A stretch of DNA of 64,000 nt from Haliotis cracherodii (taxonomy: Eukaryota): the NCBI RefSeq assembly GCF_022045235.1, contig NW_027266266.1, positions 44,020,001 through 44,084,000 on the forward strand, in the 5' to 3' direction. The stretch's first letter is position 1. Every line of letters starts with the position of its first letter. The notes beneath the pieces are model-generated. The model saw only the letters and a list, made by a program, of their open reading frames with translations. It had not been told where the DNA came from and made no database searches. Shown here piece after piece: positions 13,296 to 26,858 of the stretch. The position numbers were made by a program, and so were the translations under genes.

Positions 13296-14660
13296 AAATA
13301 TGTACATGCTACACTTATTCTCACGGGAGATATAGCCTTTCCCGTTATTGTGCTGCTGCTGCGTATGCGCTGTGTACGACTTGCCATGAAATGGCGTAGA
13401 ATTGTCTTGTTTGGTGATTTACGAAGAACGCGTAATAATAGACACACAATATTCGTACTTGCATTATCTCCGAAGAAGCCATCATTCTATCATTGGTGTA
13501 AATATGTATACCATACACTTATTCTCACGGGAGATATAGCCTTTCCCTTTATAATGCTGCTGTATAATAGCTGTGTACGACTTGCGATGAAATGGCATAG
13601 AATTGTCTCGCTTGGTGATTTACGAAGAACGCGTAATAATAGACACACAAACTTCGTACTTGGAATATCTACGAAGAAGCCATCATACTATCATTGGAGT
13701 AAATATGTATACGATACACTGATTCTCACAGGAGATATAGCCTTTCCCGCTATATTGCTGTTGCGTATGCGCTGTGCACGACTTGCCTTGAAATGGCGTA
13801 AAATAGTCTCGCTTGATGATTTACGAAGAACGCGTAATAATAGACACACAGTCTTCGTACTTGGAATATCCCCGAAGAAGCCATCATTCTATCATTGGGG
13901 TAAATATGTATAAGATACACCTATTCTCACGGGAGATATAGCCTTTCCCATTATATTGCTTCTGTGCATGCACTATGTACGACTTGACGTGAAATGGTGT
14001 AGAATTTTCTCACTTGGTGATTTACGAAGAACGCGTAATAATAGACACACAAACCTCGTACTTGGAATATCTTCGAAGACGCCATCATACTATCATTTGA
14101 GTAAATATGTATATGATACACTGATTCTCACGGGAGATATAGCCTTTCCCATTATATTGCTTCTGTGCATGCACTGTGTACGACTTGACGTGAAATGGCG
14201 TAGATTAGTCTCGCTTGATGATTTACGAAGAACGCGTAATAATAGACACACAGTCTTCGTACTTGGAATATCCCCGAAGAAGTCATCATTCTATCATTGG
14301 GGTAAATATGTATAAGATACACCTATTCTCACGGGAGATATAGCCTTTCCCATTATATTGCTTCTGTGCATGCACTGTGTACGACTTGACGTGAAATGGT
14401 GTAGAATTTTCTCGCTTGGTGATTTACGAAGAACGCGTAATAATAGACACTCAAAGTTCGTACTTGCAATATCATTGAAGAAGCCATCATACTATTAATG
14501 GGGTACATATGTATACAATACACTTATTCTCATGGGAGATATTGCCTTTCTCGTTATATTGCTGTTACATATGCGCTCTGTACGACTTGCCTTGAAATGG
14601 CCTAGAATTGTCTCGTTTGGTAATTTAGGAAGGACGCAGATAATACTTGGAATATCTGGT
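13290..14660 (+). repeat. 201-bp satellite, array 1 (~7 units)
   Basis: gatttacgaagaacgcg recurs at 13416, 13617, 13818 and onward (period 201). Confidence 0.95.
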
Positions 14661-15410
14661 TATGGGCTCACAATACCACCAGAGTCTAAAATGAAATTCA
14701 CACATTACATAATATTTCACGCTTTGTAAATACGCAAAAGAATCCTAAACCACAAAGACATACATTTGATTCGAAAAGAATAAAGAGCAAACCTTTTTGT
14801 TGGATATGAAGACTATTTTTTGAATATGGTATGTTATAGTTATATGTACTCAATCATTTCTCAGCGCATTATTCTAACTATCAATTAAAAATTGCTTTTC
14901 ATGACCTAAACCATGTGTAAGATACGCTTGCGATTGTTTTGCGATATGTTGGAAAGTGCACGTTAATTCCTCAAATAACAAACTAATATGAACTTCAGGG
15001 CGTAAATATCAAACTGACATGAAAATGTCATTTCACATAACGTGAAAATATCGTAACACTAGTGGAGTATGTTCTGTGTCAGAGAAAAGTACAAGGTTGT
15101 TTCTCACTCCCTGCCGTTGGAAGTCACCCCATGGCCATAAACCTGTCATAACAATTAATAGGTTACATATAGAAAATCAGAGAAAATTCATCAGCCTCTG
15201 ACAATGCAACATTGAAATAGATCTGGTTGTGCAGTCTTTCTTTCAAGTTTACAAGTTTTATTCATGGTAGAGGTGAATAAAACTCATATCGTAAGGGCAG
15301 GGAAGGCGGAATGGCCGTTTTGCTCTGGATAATGTTCGACAATGTTGAACATTATATACATGGTATCATAGCCACCCAAGCTTCACCCATTGTTAGATAT
15401 TACAGCTGGA
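14655..15410. mobile_element. Unclassified interspersed element 'Y', copy 2, abutting satellite array 1
   Basis: Colinear similarity to 3700-4400. May extend to ~15900. Confidence 0.7.
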
Positions 15411-16890
15411 TGTTCTGCTTTGAATGCATTTATAAAAGATGCCCATTTAGATTCTACTGGTGGCTTATTTTTTTAAAACTTTCCAAAAGAGTGGCATATT
15501 TTCCACGAGCGCTGTCCTGTTATCATAATGACATGATGAGTGGGATTGTTGTGAAAATGAACTTCATGCAGCCTCGGGTGACCTGAATACAAGGATGGTC
15601 TGCTTATAATATACATTCTTTTAAAACATATATTTACAAAATGTTCAAAGTGAGATCTTGGGATCATGTAGGGATTTTCCTCTGGTGAAACACAAAGTGC
15701 ATGAACTGAAAGATAAAATGGCAAGGCAGTTTCCAGGGCGCAGCATGTCAAACTGCCTTACAGTTGAGGTACTGAAGGAAGCACCCCACAAATATACGAA
15801 TAACCCCCATTAACTGGCTTTCCATTGACCCAAGAGCATCACGCAGTCTTGTCGCAAATGTGTTCGTCAATGTGACTAATGACTGATATTTGCCTTTGGG
15901 TTAACACGTGCAGTATTCGTGCGATTTCGATTTGTTTTTCCTTTCATTGAAACTGTAATGGCGCTATGATTGGTTTGCACTAAAATTTTCGTGAGTCAAA
16001 TGTTCATGGTACCTGCTGTGTTTGTACAAGATAATTGATAACTATTGTTATGTATGTCTATATATCATCAAATACAAATTATAAATCTCCTCAGAAATTG
16101 AAAGTATTATCATAACACGATAGGTTTTATATTTTCAACATTTTGCAATGGATATCAGAACTAATTAATTTTAGATTTACAAATTATTGATGTCGAGTCA
16201 ACTCTCTATGATGATAGTCTATGGTAAGTCTTTAACTTTTATTTGATATGTTATCTGTAGTGTCAGCTATGAGTAAACGCTTTAATTTTTCGTTCAGTGA
16301 TATTCCTCTATGCAATTTTATTTGTGTAGGCTAACAGACGGTCGGTGATTTCCCGCTGCTGTCTCGTCTGGACAGGTGCAAGTGGTTTGACCACGAGTGT
16401 AGTGTTGTGGATGACATCGCATCAAACAGCTGATTCAATGTTGTGGTCATATTATGGATGCACGTGGTTACAGTTTCTAAATGATAATATTCTCTTTGAC
16501 AGAATTGATGTGAACTAGAGCGGCCATCTAGTCCATCACAATTGGGAAGATTTCCACAAGAAATGAGACACAATTTGATGCTGTTTACTAATATTGGTAT
16601 GTAGACATGTGCTTTTCATGCACATCAAGGCATGATATTCCAAAAGCAATAATGAACATATAACTGAGAAAGGGAATACAGTGTTTTACAGAGAGAATGC
16701 TGTCAACATGGATCCAAGGTTAAACGTCATTTTTAATATTTTATCTGTACACATCTCGAATGGTTAAATTAATAAACAAACAGTTACAGTTATTGTACAA
16801 AATTTATAGATAATCAATTTCTGAATAACAAAATGTTTTCATTGTAAATATGATTTCGTTTTGATGTTTGAAACAGTTTTCATTATTCAT

Positions 16891-17468
16891 TTTTTATCCA
16901 GCACCATCTAAATTCTCAGATACTTGGATCAATGCCACGAGGCGGGGCGGCGGATAATGGAACAGTTCGTTCTTTCACCCCTTCCCTCTTTCAGGGGACC
17001 AATTGTCTATAAAACTATTTGAGTTAGAGAAATGAAATTTTACACACTGATGTTGCTATTCACGATGTCAAATGAGTTCGCAACATGGTGACCTAAATTA
17101 ATGTTCTACAGACATACGGCCCCCGCATACAACTAAGTGCATACTATGTCAAATAGGGACAAGTTTTCTCAGAAAATACTGAGGTTGCATGAATCTAAGC
17201 TTGAATGCTCCTGAAAGACATACTTGTCAAGGCTGAGTTCCAAAAGTGGTTCCATAAATTATTTGCCCAGAGAAGGGGCCTTTTGTGTATTAATTTCACA
17301 TCAGACTTCATCATTTGATCTGATGATATAAAGCGACCTCAGTCCTTATCTCTTCTTAAGGCTTTATGGGATGTTTTTTAGTTAACATTAACTTCTTTAT
17401 TGGTCAGTACTATTCGAACAAACCTATGTGCACCTTGGTGCGGGGTAGTGATAACGCTGTTTTCTTGT
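16891..17468. mobile_element. Non-autonomous Helentron/HINE-like element, decayed
   Basis: T-rich start, GC-rich stem, degenerate core repeats (aaaactatt...gaaattttacaca), and a ...gcgggg...cttgtt end typical of mollusc HINEs. Confidence 0.45.
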
Positions 17469-17744
17469 TTATTGTCTATCCTTAGTACAAAAATGAATTT
17501 TGTAAAAGAAACATCTTGCCTAGAAGCAAGATGCATTCTTGTGTTTTATTTAGATTGTTGTTGTTTTAGTTTAAATCATAATTCAAGTTTAAATCATATA
17601 TGTTCATACAGTTAATGTAAAATATGTCTCTTGGATTTGTTGAGTTAGTTGATACTTTTGGAGAGACAATCAACCGTAGTTGAAGGTTATGTAACACTGT
17701 GGGCAGCAATAAGAACTTTGTAACACTTGTTATACAATGTATAA

Positions 17745-18170
17745 CCGTGATGTCATCGCACTGCGGCACTGAGCGGCATGCAAAGCCAGCTGACAGGCAG
17801 GGGCCATGAGGGAACATCGAGAGCCATATGCTCTTGCAGAAGGTAAACGAGACCTGGGTATGCTCCTGGGCAAGTCTCCAGAGATGATTGCAAAGATCAG
17901 CAATATTCTCACAACAGGTGTAGAGCTTTTCCCCTACACGCATCGGGAAGTGCAGCACCGTACCGTTGTTTAAAGCTTAATTCATGTGCTGGTGTTGAGG
18001 ACTTGAGGTAGACGGGCATAAAATTATTGTGCAACGCCTCCCATGGCACAGCTATTGGAGCTTACGGATAATCATCCCAGTTTCACTGAGAAGCCATTAT
18101 CGTAACTGTGCTTTGAAAGCAGCAGAATCTCCCTTGCCATTAAATTCAGACAACTGCAGAGAAAAACGCG
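17745..18170 (-). mobile_element. Gypsy-type LTR retrotransposon gag remnant
   Basis: Frameshifted EFNGKGD.AAFKAQ..MASQ.NWDD, GGVAQ.FYARLP, LKQRYG, ENIADLCN.LWRLAQE.YP and QEHMALDVF fit the gypsy gag capsid pattern. Confidence 0.7.
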
Positions 18171-20874
18171 CACCAGAGATTTGAGGGGCATAGAGTTAAC
18201 TCTTTCAGACAGATTAAAGGGGCACTAATCTCCCGCTTCTTCTCCTGTCTGACACTGGCCGCTTGGGCCCACAAGCTGCCGTGAGTCAATTTGCTTGCCA
18301 ACGCAAACGAGCGTGACAAGAAACTGGGCTACTGTCTGCAAGGACAGCGAAATAAACTTTGAGGCAATATTTGTTTTTCACACTTTTGAACACTGATTGG
18401 TTACCGTGATTTATGAAGATTTCGACAAAGGTCGCATGTTAATTAATTTCTTCAGCCTAAACAAACAGACAAAAAGACCGCAGTAGCTCATCGGATGTCC
18501 TTATTTGGAAATACCCCTGATGGTTATAGTTTAATAATAAAAAAAACATATCCCTGCAGTAAAAGCATTTTCGGATTCTGGATTGCCTGGATAATATGAT
18601 TACTACTCCCTTGTTGCCATCCATGTTTTCATATTACCCTTCACTTGTGTATTTGTCGTCATTCGCGTGATGCTCAGTTAATGAATTATTTCAGCTATAA
18701 TTCGTGGTGGACCACTCAGATTACCTGAAAAAGGTTCCCATTCGGCATGTCTTGTGTCAGGGGTAATTATTCAATCTAAATCCAGGTTTGAAGTGAGGTG
18801 AAATGTGTGTTATGTAATATGCACGTGGCCAGCCCAGCAAGAGATGAATGATCAGCTGATTTTTTTTTTTTTGTAAACCAACAGATCATTCCAAGCCATC
18901 ATAGGATGAACAGAAAATATGTTGATTGATTAATCACTTATCTTGCACAGTGGTTATATGTCAAAAGTAAGTGTTTACATGTGTAGGTTTACTAAAGCAA
19001 AGGGAAAACATTCATATCATGGCGTGAAGCGCTGGTGTAAAAACAACATACTTTGTTCTTAGGGTTAACCGATAATACGTTGATTTTCACAAGTCTTTTC
19101 CTTTGTAAGTGTGTATATGTTACAGTCAATGTGTAACATGTGATTCAATCAGGCAATTTATAAAATGTCTAAATATTTCAGTCATTTTACAAATTGACTG
19201 AAAACTCTATCCGTTTATTTAACAGATGGACTAAAAAATATTAGGACGGTCAAAAACATCAGAATATATTAGTTATGCTAGGATTAGAAGCCAAAGAATA
19301 TGCAAACGTACTCAGAAAGTGATGCACGAGTGAACATGGCGGTTACCTGTTTCACCTGTGATATGAGATAAACTGGTCCATACTGAGACAACGAAACAAT
19401 GTAGGCACAATGGGAAACACTTGTCAAATGAAATAAAACCATAACACATAATGAAAGTCACGGCTATATTATATTAATAATTTAACAGAAAAATATAACA
19501 ATAGTTTTGGAAATACTATTACATTCAATCAATTCACCACAGGCAAATCATAGAGTGATAAGGTGACCAGCAGCACCCGACGTCTGGAATGTAAGGTTCT
19601 CTTCTGGATGAATATTTGTCATGATGTGATAGTGGCTTGCCCAAATCTAGTTTTATACTATTCAATGTGATGGGATTAAAGTAAAGGAAGTGATATACAT
19701 TGACACATTTACTCAGTCTTATGTTAATGACATTGATCTCTGAAAGAAAATAATGTTCATGCAGTCATATGTATTAACATCTCTGCTCAGCTCAAGAACT
19801 CTACTCTGTTTTTTTAGTTACTAACATTTTATACAGGAATGAGCAACAGTACAAGTCTGACTGAACGGGCAACATATATTAAAAACCATAAGTAGTCAAA
19901 CATGAGTGGTTCAGTCCATTTACATAAATAGGGAAAACTATAATAAGTCAAACAATAGTGGTTCAGTCCATTTACATAAATAGGGATGAAACTGATTTCC
20001 CAATGTGCCTGCATAATTTCAATCACTGAATTGTGTGGCCGCCGTGAGAGAGCTGGGTGTGGTATTTAGCAACAAACAAACAATCAAACAAACAAACTAT
20101 AATGTTTGCAAGAGGAGACAGGATGACTGACCTATCACCTGGCTGAGTGCATTTGCCTCTCTACCCTGCTCGGCCGATAGAGAGAGCGTGTGAGAGTGAG
20201 TGTGCGTGTGCGTGTGCGTGTGCGTGTGCGTGTGAGTGTGCGAGTGGGTGTGCGTTTGTGTATGGAATTTCACTGCACATGGTGTCTGCGTCTGCCTGTC
20301 AGTCTGTTGCACCAATGTTTTGGAGGTCATTCACTCAACAACACAGTACTAGGATGGGTGACCACCGTCTGTGAAGTGAATTACCCGCTTATACATTAAC
20401 TTCCTAATCTCCCGATTCACACTCACATTACCTCCACATCACTTCACAACACAACACATCAGTATCACATCACATCACATAACATCACATCACATGACTC
20501 TAATGAACTGTCGTCTACTGACAGTCAGGTCAATTCTGACGTCACATCCGGGTAGTCTAAAGACTGCATCACGTCGAGATGCGGCATGAAAAGGTGCGGC
20601 GCTTATCCCATGTCTGAGAGATGAGTTGCAGACAGCAGGCCCTGCCTCAGACGTCAGTAAGACAGCTTTGACCTTGATCAGGTAAATGTAAGGCCTTGAA
20701 ATAGGGAATTAGCTATTGGAAGCTAATCTTATCAAAAAGAGAGGGGAGAGCTGTGAGGTCCAAGGTTTAGTCAAGCAAGTGTCGGCATATCATTCATTCA
20801 TCTATAATAAAGACATACAATGGTATAATAATGATAATAATATCCTAATGCGGTTTCAATCTAAGTCTTGAAAT

Positions 20875-21250
20875 AAATGCAATGTATGTTATACTGGAGT
20901 ACGTACGGTAAATGTCATTATACAAAGTATACAACATTTACTAGAGTAATAACGTTATAACATTAGTTTACAAATGATGAAATACCGGCTAATAATAATG
21001 ATAATAATATTACAGTTTCATGGAATAATGACAATGTATGTTATGTTAGAGTGTGTACGGTAAATGTGATTGTATAAAGTATACAACATTTACTAGAGTA
21101 ATAACGTAAACATTGGAATAGATGCAATGTATGTTATGTTAGAGTGTGTACGGTAAATGGCATTATACAAAGTATACAACATTTACTAGAGTAATAACGT
21201 AAACATTGGAATAGATGCAATGTATGTTATGTTAGAGTGTGTACGGTAAA
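20875..21250. repeat. ~93-bp tandem repeat (3-4 copies)
   Basis: caatgtatgttat at 20880, 21032, 21125 and 21218. Confidence 0.9.
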
Positions 21251-23125
21251 TGCGCATACTGAGTTATTATGCAATGGGGAACACGTTTCCTAGAGTCAGA
21301 AAAGAAATGAAATATAACATTAGTTTACAAATATATTGAGTAATTGTAACATTTAGATAGAGCAGGTACAACCTACAAGACAATTCTATGTGTGGGATGT
21401 CAAGACTACTTGGGTAACTACGGTAAGAATTTATGACTATCGTTCACACAGATTTGAGAGAATGAAAAATACATATACGGTAAACTGCGCAGAGTGTTCA
21501 GATGAGGAATATCACATTTACTTCGGTAAAGGCGGTAAACATTCATATGTGTAGTTTTAGCTATAATTTTCATGATATAATAATTTCGGCAAATACGGAA
21601 AGTAAAAAGGTCGGGTGACTGCTCAGAGTAAAGATACGAAGGTTCACGGTGGGAGATAGAGCTGAGTTTTAAATCAGAGAATAGTAAGTTTTTTAGTTGT
21701 GATTATTTTGGTGACTACCGTAATGATTCACGCACGCGACGTTAAATTGACGACGTGCATTTCCTATACAGCAAAAGAGCTAGACCATAACAGATAATGG
21801 AGTGAATACGGTAAGTGTATACTTCAACGATGCGCGTTTCAATGTACTTTGACTCGAAACATGAAAGAAGACTATATATGTATTTATATGACTACGGTAA
21901 TGTTTTTGGCGAAGAGGCTATTTTGTACCGTATATAACTGTATGCATACTTCCAAGATGCGCATTTGAATGCACATTGCCGCGAAATAGATGAAAGAAGA
22001 CCATAAGTGTATTAAATGACTACAGTAATGCATTTGGCAGATAGGCTGTTTTGTACTGTGATAAAACATAAAAATGTAGAATGGGTTGTTGTTATAGCTC
22101 ATACTTGTCGACGCTCATGGTATCAATCACTGGATTGTCTGGTGCAGGCTCGACTATTTACAGACCACCGTCATATACCTAGAATATTGCTGAGTAGGGC
22201 GTTAAACAAACAAACAAACAAAGTTACTGAGTGAAGAGGCTGACAAACTTCAGAAAAATGGCCGTTTCGGTACCCAGCAGCCTGTGCTTGTGGAATCACG
22301 GGCTGAAAGTGGTGTTCAATATAATAGAACTGACTGAATGAGGCCAAGTTTGAAACTGTGTCTTCAAGCATTATCCGAAGTATGAGGTGAAGCAAACAAA
22401 TCATTTACATTGCTTCTGTTTTCCACGTGCCCTGATGTTGTCTTTTAAAATTTTAATACCAAGGTAAACAAATATCTGAAAAACTGCCGTTTAGGGTACC
22501 CAGGCGCCTGTGCTTGTCGTGAGAGGGGCGTGGCGTGGCGTGGCGTGGTGTGGTGTGGTGTGGATGGCGTGGCGTGATGTTGGTGGCGTGGCGAGGTGGG
22601 GAGGGGAGGGGAGGTCAGTGGAGGGCTTCAAGTTTGTATGAAGCACATGTACTGTGAAAACCGCTGGCTAGGTCAATATGATACAACTGACCGAAGCCAC
22701 ACAAATATTTAAAAACAGCCGTTCACAGAAACCAAGTCTGACACTGTGGCTTAATACAGGATTTTTTTTAACGCGTTTACCTTTAACTAACAATCTTATA
22801 GAGTCTGTACGTAGTGTTGATATTTCATATAAGAAAGAAACGACTCATCGTTGTTGTTTATCGTACAATAAAACACTGCAGGGAGAATAAACTCAAATCT
22901 TCGTTTAATTCTTAATTAATGTTTTAACAAGGTAAATAGTCGTTCTATTGTTAGGAACCTACGCCATCACACAAGTTGCTTGTCTCCAGGTAAGTTTATT
23001 TGTAGGGATGATGTTGGATACATTTAGCAACATTTCCCTAAATAACAGTGGGTGAAATATACCTAATCACTTCAACAATGACTACTTAAGGATTATAAAC
23101 CCAACAATGACTAATTAAGGATTAC

Positions 23126-23378
23126 GCCGTGAAGATCCGGGGTCGAATTGGTCTTCAGCAACCCATGCTTGTTATTATAGGCGACTCTGCTTGTCGTGAG
23201 AGGCGACTTACGGGATCGGTGATCAGGCTCGCTGACTTGTAATCGATCCCAATTGCGTGGATCGATGCTGATGATATTAATCACTGGATTGTGTGGTCCA
23301 GACTCGATTATTTACTGACCGCCGTGATATAGCTGGAATATTGCTGAGTGCGGCGTCAAACAACAAACCAACCAACCA
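23126..23378 (+). mobile_element. Short retroposon family 2, full length
   Basis: Head ccgtgaagatcc...ggtcttcagcaacccatgcttgt...gaggcgact, body atcactggattgtctggtccagactcgattatttac, tail gctggaatattgctgagtgcggcgt(t/c)aaac+(aaac)n. Fragments also near 11640, 22110, 25070, 25380, 26280, 30390, 30550, 34210, 36810, 38960, 39050, 57280, 57810 and 60800. Confidence 0.9.
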
Positions 23379-23510
23379 GTAAGGGTTATGTTTCTTTCAC
23401 TGTAGGTTTGGGACTCTCATTCTCTCATTCTTGTGTTTCCAGTGTGCCTGATGCTCTCTACTCCGACGCCTGCTGTTGTCATCACGGCAGTCACCACCGC
23501 CCCCACAGCA

Positions 23511-23599
23511 GGTGCCCGTTCCAGAGAGCGATCGTAGTGCTATATGATTGTCGGAGTAAGACCATCTTAGCGCTAAGATCGCTATGTCGAACAGGGCCC
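23511..23599. mobile_element. Palindromic MITE (PIF/Harbinger-like termini)
   Basis: Inverted ends ggtgcccgttcca.a.agcgatc / gatcgct.tgt.gaacagggccc. Second copy at 36471-36575. Confidence 0.65.
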
Positions 23600-23782
23600 A
23601 GACTATGAAATAGCAGAATGCTGGAAGGTGTTTTCAAACCATGGGTTTCTCATTGTGGGAGTGTACATGGCATAGAGAGCCGGTAACCTTGACACTGAGA
23701 CAGGAGAGTATAGTATCAATACAAAGTTCACGAGTCCTGTCAATCAAGGCAAGAGAACTGCAAGAGAGTCGGGAACGAGCAT

Positions 23783-24300
23783 GGTTGGACGACCTACAGA
23801 CGACCTGAAACCTGTGACGTCAGAACTGGCGATGATGACGTCACACTCTCTGTACTTGAACTCTGTAACCTTGGTCTTGAGACAGCTGACAAAGACGCTT
23901 TATGTGGTCAAATTTCTGTTGAATTCGGCCAAAAAACGGGTCAACTTAAAGATGGCATTAGCTGCTCAAGGCGTCAGTGAATGGGGCCAGATTGGGAATT
24001 GAAAAACTGTCATAATTTCACTCCTAATTTATGTGTATGAATAAGGCCAGGGATTGTTTTTTTAAGGAGACACAGCAAGAAAAAGAGTTATATGTTACGT
24101 TGATAAATTATCTATAACGTCACGTGACCACCGCCATACTAGTCTGAAGCTGGACCCAGAGTCAAGGCGACAGTGACGGAAGTACAAACAAAGGATGAGT
24201 GTAGTCGACACCGTTTTCGCTTCTCTTCCAATTTAGAAGATTGGCATGGGGAACAAAGTACATTAATTGCCATTGCTTGCCTTTTATTTCAAGCACAAGC
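23783..24300 (+). repeat. Duplicated module 'c' with twin TGACGTCA and GTCACGTGAC, copy 1
   Basis: High similarity to 28472-28965. Confidence 0.85.
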
Positions 24301-25240
24301 AATAAGCCGTGTGTAATAGACCTTTAGATAAACCGACACTGATCTGCCAGTTCTAAGTAATTTCCCTGAAGGACAAATATGTTTCCAGGGTATATTTTGT
24401 TTACCAAATTAAACTAATAATTGACAAGAAGTGGAATGAATGTGTGTAATTTTCATCACCTCAGGATTAAAATACACTGGAAAATGCGTGACCTTGACAC
24501 TACATACCATTCTTCAATAAAAGGCCGGCCGGGGAGGACTGCCTCCGTGTGTTCGTGGTGTTAGAGGTTTGTAGTCTACATTCACAGCCTGGATACAAGT
24601 GTTATTACAAAGGTGTGAATGTAAGAAGAAATTGGTAAGTTTTACCAAATGCCGGGTAACGAATGTTTACACATGTGTTCATTGTGTTAGAGGTTTGTAG
24701 TCTACATTCACAGCCTGGATACAAGTGTTATTACAAAGGTGTGAATATATCGAAATTAATTTGTGCTTATAATTATGCCTATTTGTGCAATCCACATTGG
24801 GTCATTAGCTTCGATTTTGAACACTTCCCAAAGCTAGCTAAGCGTCAACACTTTGGTTTTTATATGGAGACAAGATATCTTGTCTGCGGCAGCTGTAAAA
24901 CCAGATATTTATTTTATTAAAGCTATGAGCCTGAATTTTATTGTTTTCTACTTTGTTGTGATCAGCCAATTTCTTATAATTTGAAGAGTCTGAATCATAA
25001 TTAAGTGTTTGTGAGACAATGCTTAATGCCAGTGTGGTTGCTGCATGTCTTCGTTTCCTACTTGCGTATCGGTGCTCATGGTGTCAATCACTGAATTGTC
25101 TGGTCAATTCTCCATTATTTACAGACCGCCGTCATATTGCTAGATTGTTGCCGAGTGCGGCGTTAAACAACAAACAATAAAAAACATCTAAACATTTTTG
25201 CTTCATGTACTAAAAATGCTTCACTTCTGTCGCAAAACGC

Positions 25241-25245
25241 ACACA

Positions 25246-25294
<49 letters not shown>
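25241..25294. repeat. (CA)n microsatellite
   Basis: Direct observation. Confidence 0.98.
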
Positions 25295-25296
<2 letters not shown>

Positions 25297-26492
25297 TTTT
25301 GTCCAGTAATAAGAGCTAATGTGTTATACGAATACAGCGTAATTGCATGGAATCCAATATTTTCAAAATTCTTCATTAGGGCCTCGTACGATAATTTACA
25401 GATCGCCGTCATACAGCTGAAATATTGCAGAGTGTGGCGTTAACCAGCAAACAAACAGACATTATGGTCGAGTGGTGAATTGTTTTGGTTTTTTTATCCA
25501 CTGATCTTATTTCAGTTACCTCGGCAAAGTCATGTTCCCAGCTGAAGAAGGCTTAAAAGCATAAAAAAAAAATCAAAATTTAAATGAGAAGTTAATAGTT
25601 ATTCATCATGCTTATATCGAATACTGGTTCAAATTGAACTTGAAATTAAAGAATAAACTAATATAAACAATATAAAATAACATTAAATTATTCATAAATT
25701 TCAACAATAAGAATAGTAAATGAATTTGCACAAATTACCGATTTCTGAAGCATTTCTATCATCATACATAGATAGAAACACAACCCACGTCAATAGTAGA
25801 AAATAGATCAATACACTACAACAACTTAGAAACACAAAACTAGTATTTAAATAGTATACTCTCTTCGGGTCACAAAATTACCACACTCCATCGAGAGCTA
25901 TTCCTTTCTGAAGCCCCGACAGCAGAGGACATTATCACCGATGTTGACCAACGTGCACACATCAACTGCCTCGTCGATTGTCACATCGGGAATATCAACT
26001 TCCGCACAGCCGCCTCCATGAACACTGAACAGCACATCAAACCGAATGACACACCAAAGTCACACAATCAGCGCTTCGCCAAATGCATTCTACTTCAACT
26101 CAGCAGGATTGGATAAACAGCCTGCCGTGAGGAAAACTCGCATCCGATCTGTCTGTCTGTCTGTCTGTGTTGTCACTGCAATGCACACAACCAACACAGA
26201 CAGTACAAGAGTGGATGACATCACCTGTTTATACATGAACTCACTAATCTACCGATTCACACTCACATCACATCACATCATGTCAATCACTGGATTGTCT
26301 GGTCCAGACTCGATTATGTATCATATAGCTGGAATATTGCGGAGTACAGTGTTAGACAACAAACAAAACATCCAAATCACATCACACCACACCACATCCA
26401 TCGACATCACATCACATCACGTTTAATTACTGCAATATATACTTGTAAAAAACGAAATAGCCCAGATACGGTTATAACCATTACAAATGTTC

Positions 26493-26858
26493 TTTTATGA
26501 GTGCCCCCGGAGACAATACAGACGCTATTTTGGTCTTTCATAAGTGCCCCCTGAGACAATACAGACCCTATTTTGGTCTTTCATAAGTGCCCCCGGAGAC
26601 AATACAGACCCTATTTTGGTCTTTCATAAGGGCCCCCTGAGACAATACACACCCTATTTTGGTATTTCAAAGTGTCCCCCGCCGTGATATTGCTGGAATA
26701 TTGCTAAAAACGGCGTAAAACCATACTCACTCACTCTTTCATAAGGGCCCCCGGAGACAATACAGACGCTATTTTGATCTTTCATAAGGGCCCTCTGAGA
26801 CAATACAGACCCTATTTTGGTCTTTCATAAGGGCCCTCTGAGACAATACTGACCCTAT
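26493..26858. repeat. 43-bp minisatellite with an inserted SINE family 1 3' fragment (26671-26735)
   Basis: Unit tctttcataagtgcccccggagacaatacagaccctattttgg. SINE tail gtgtcccccgccgtgatattgc...actcactc lies inside the array. Confidence 0.93.

Noticed and set aside
13215-14315. 232-aa ORF with 67-aa repeats as a repeat protein
   Set aside because: It starts in a G-rich minisatellite, stops occur in later units, the same frame in array 2 is full of stops, and inter-array differences show no synonymous bias.
16331-16573. Cys-containing ORF resembling a PAN/apple domain
   Set aside because: Cysteine spacing is incomplete and there are no convincing splice sites.
18196-18207. ttaactctttca as the other piggyBac end
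   Set aside because: Only a 12-nt match, 13 kb away, next to a Gypsy remnant, and it does not extend.
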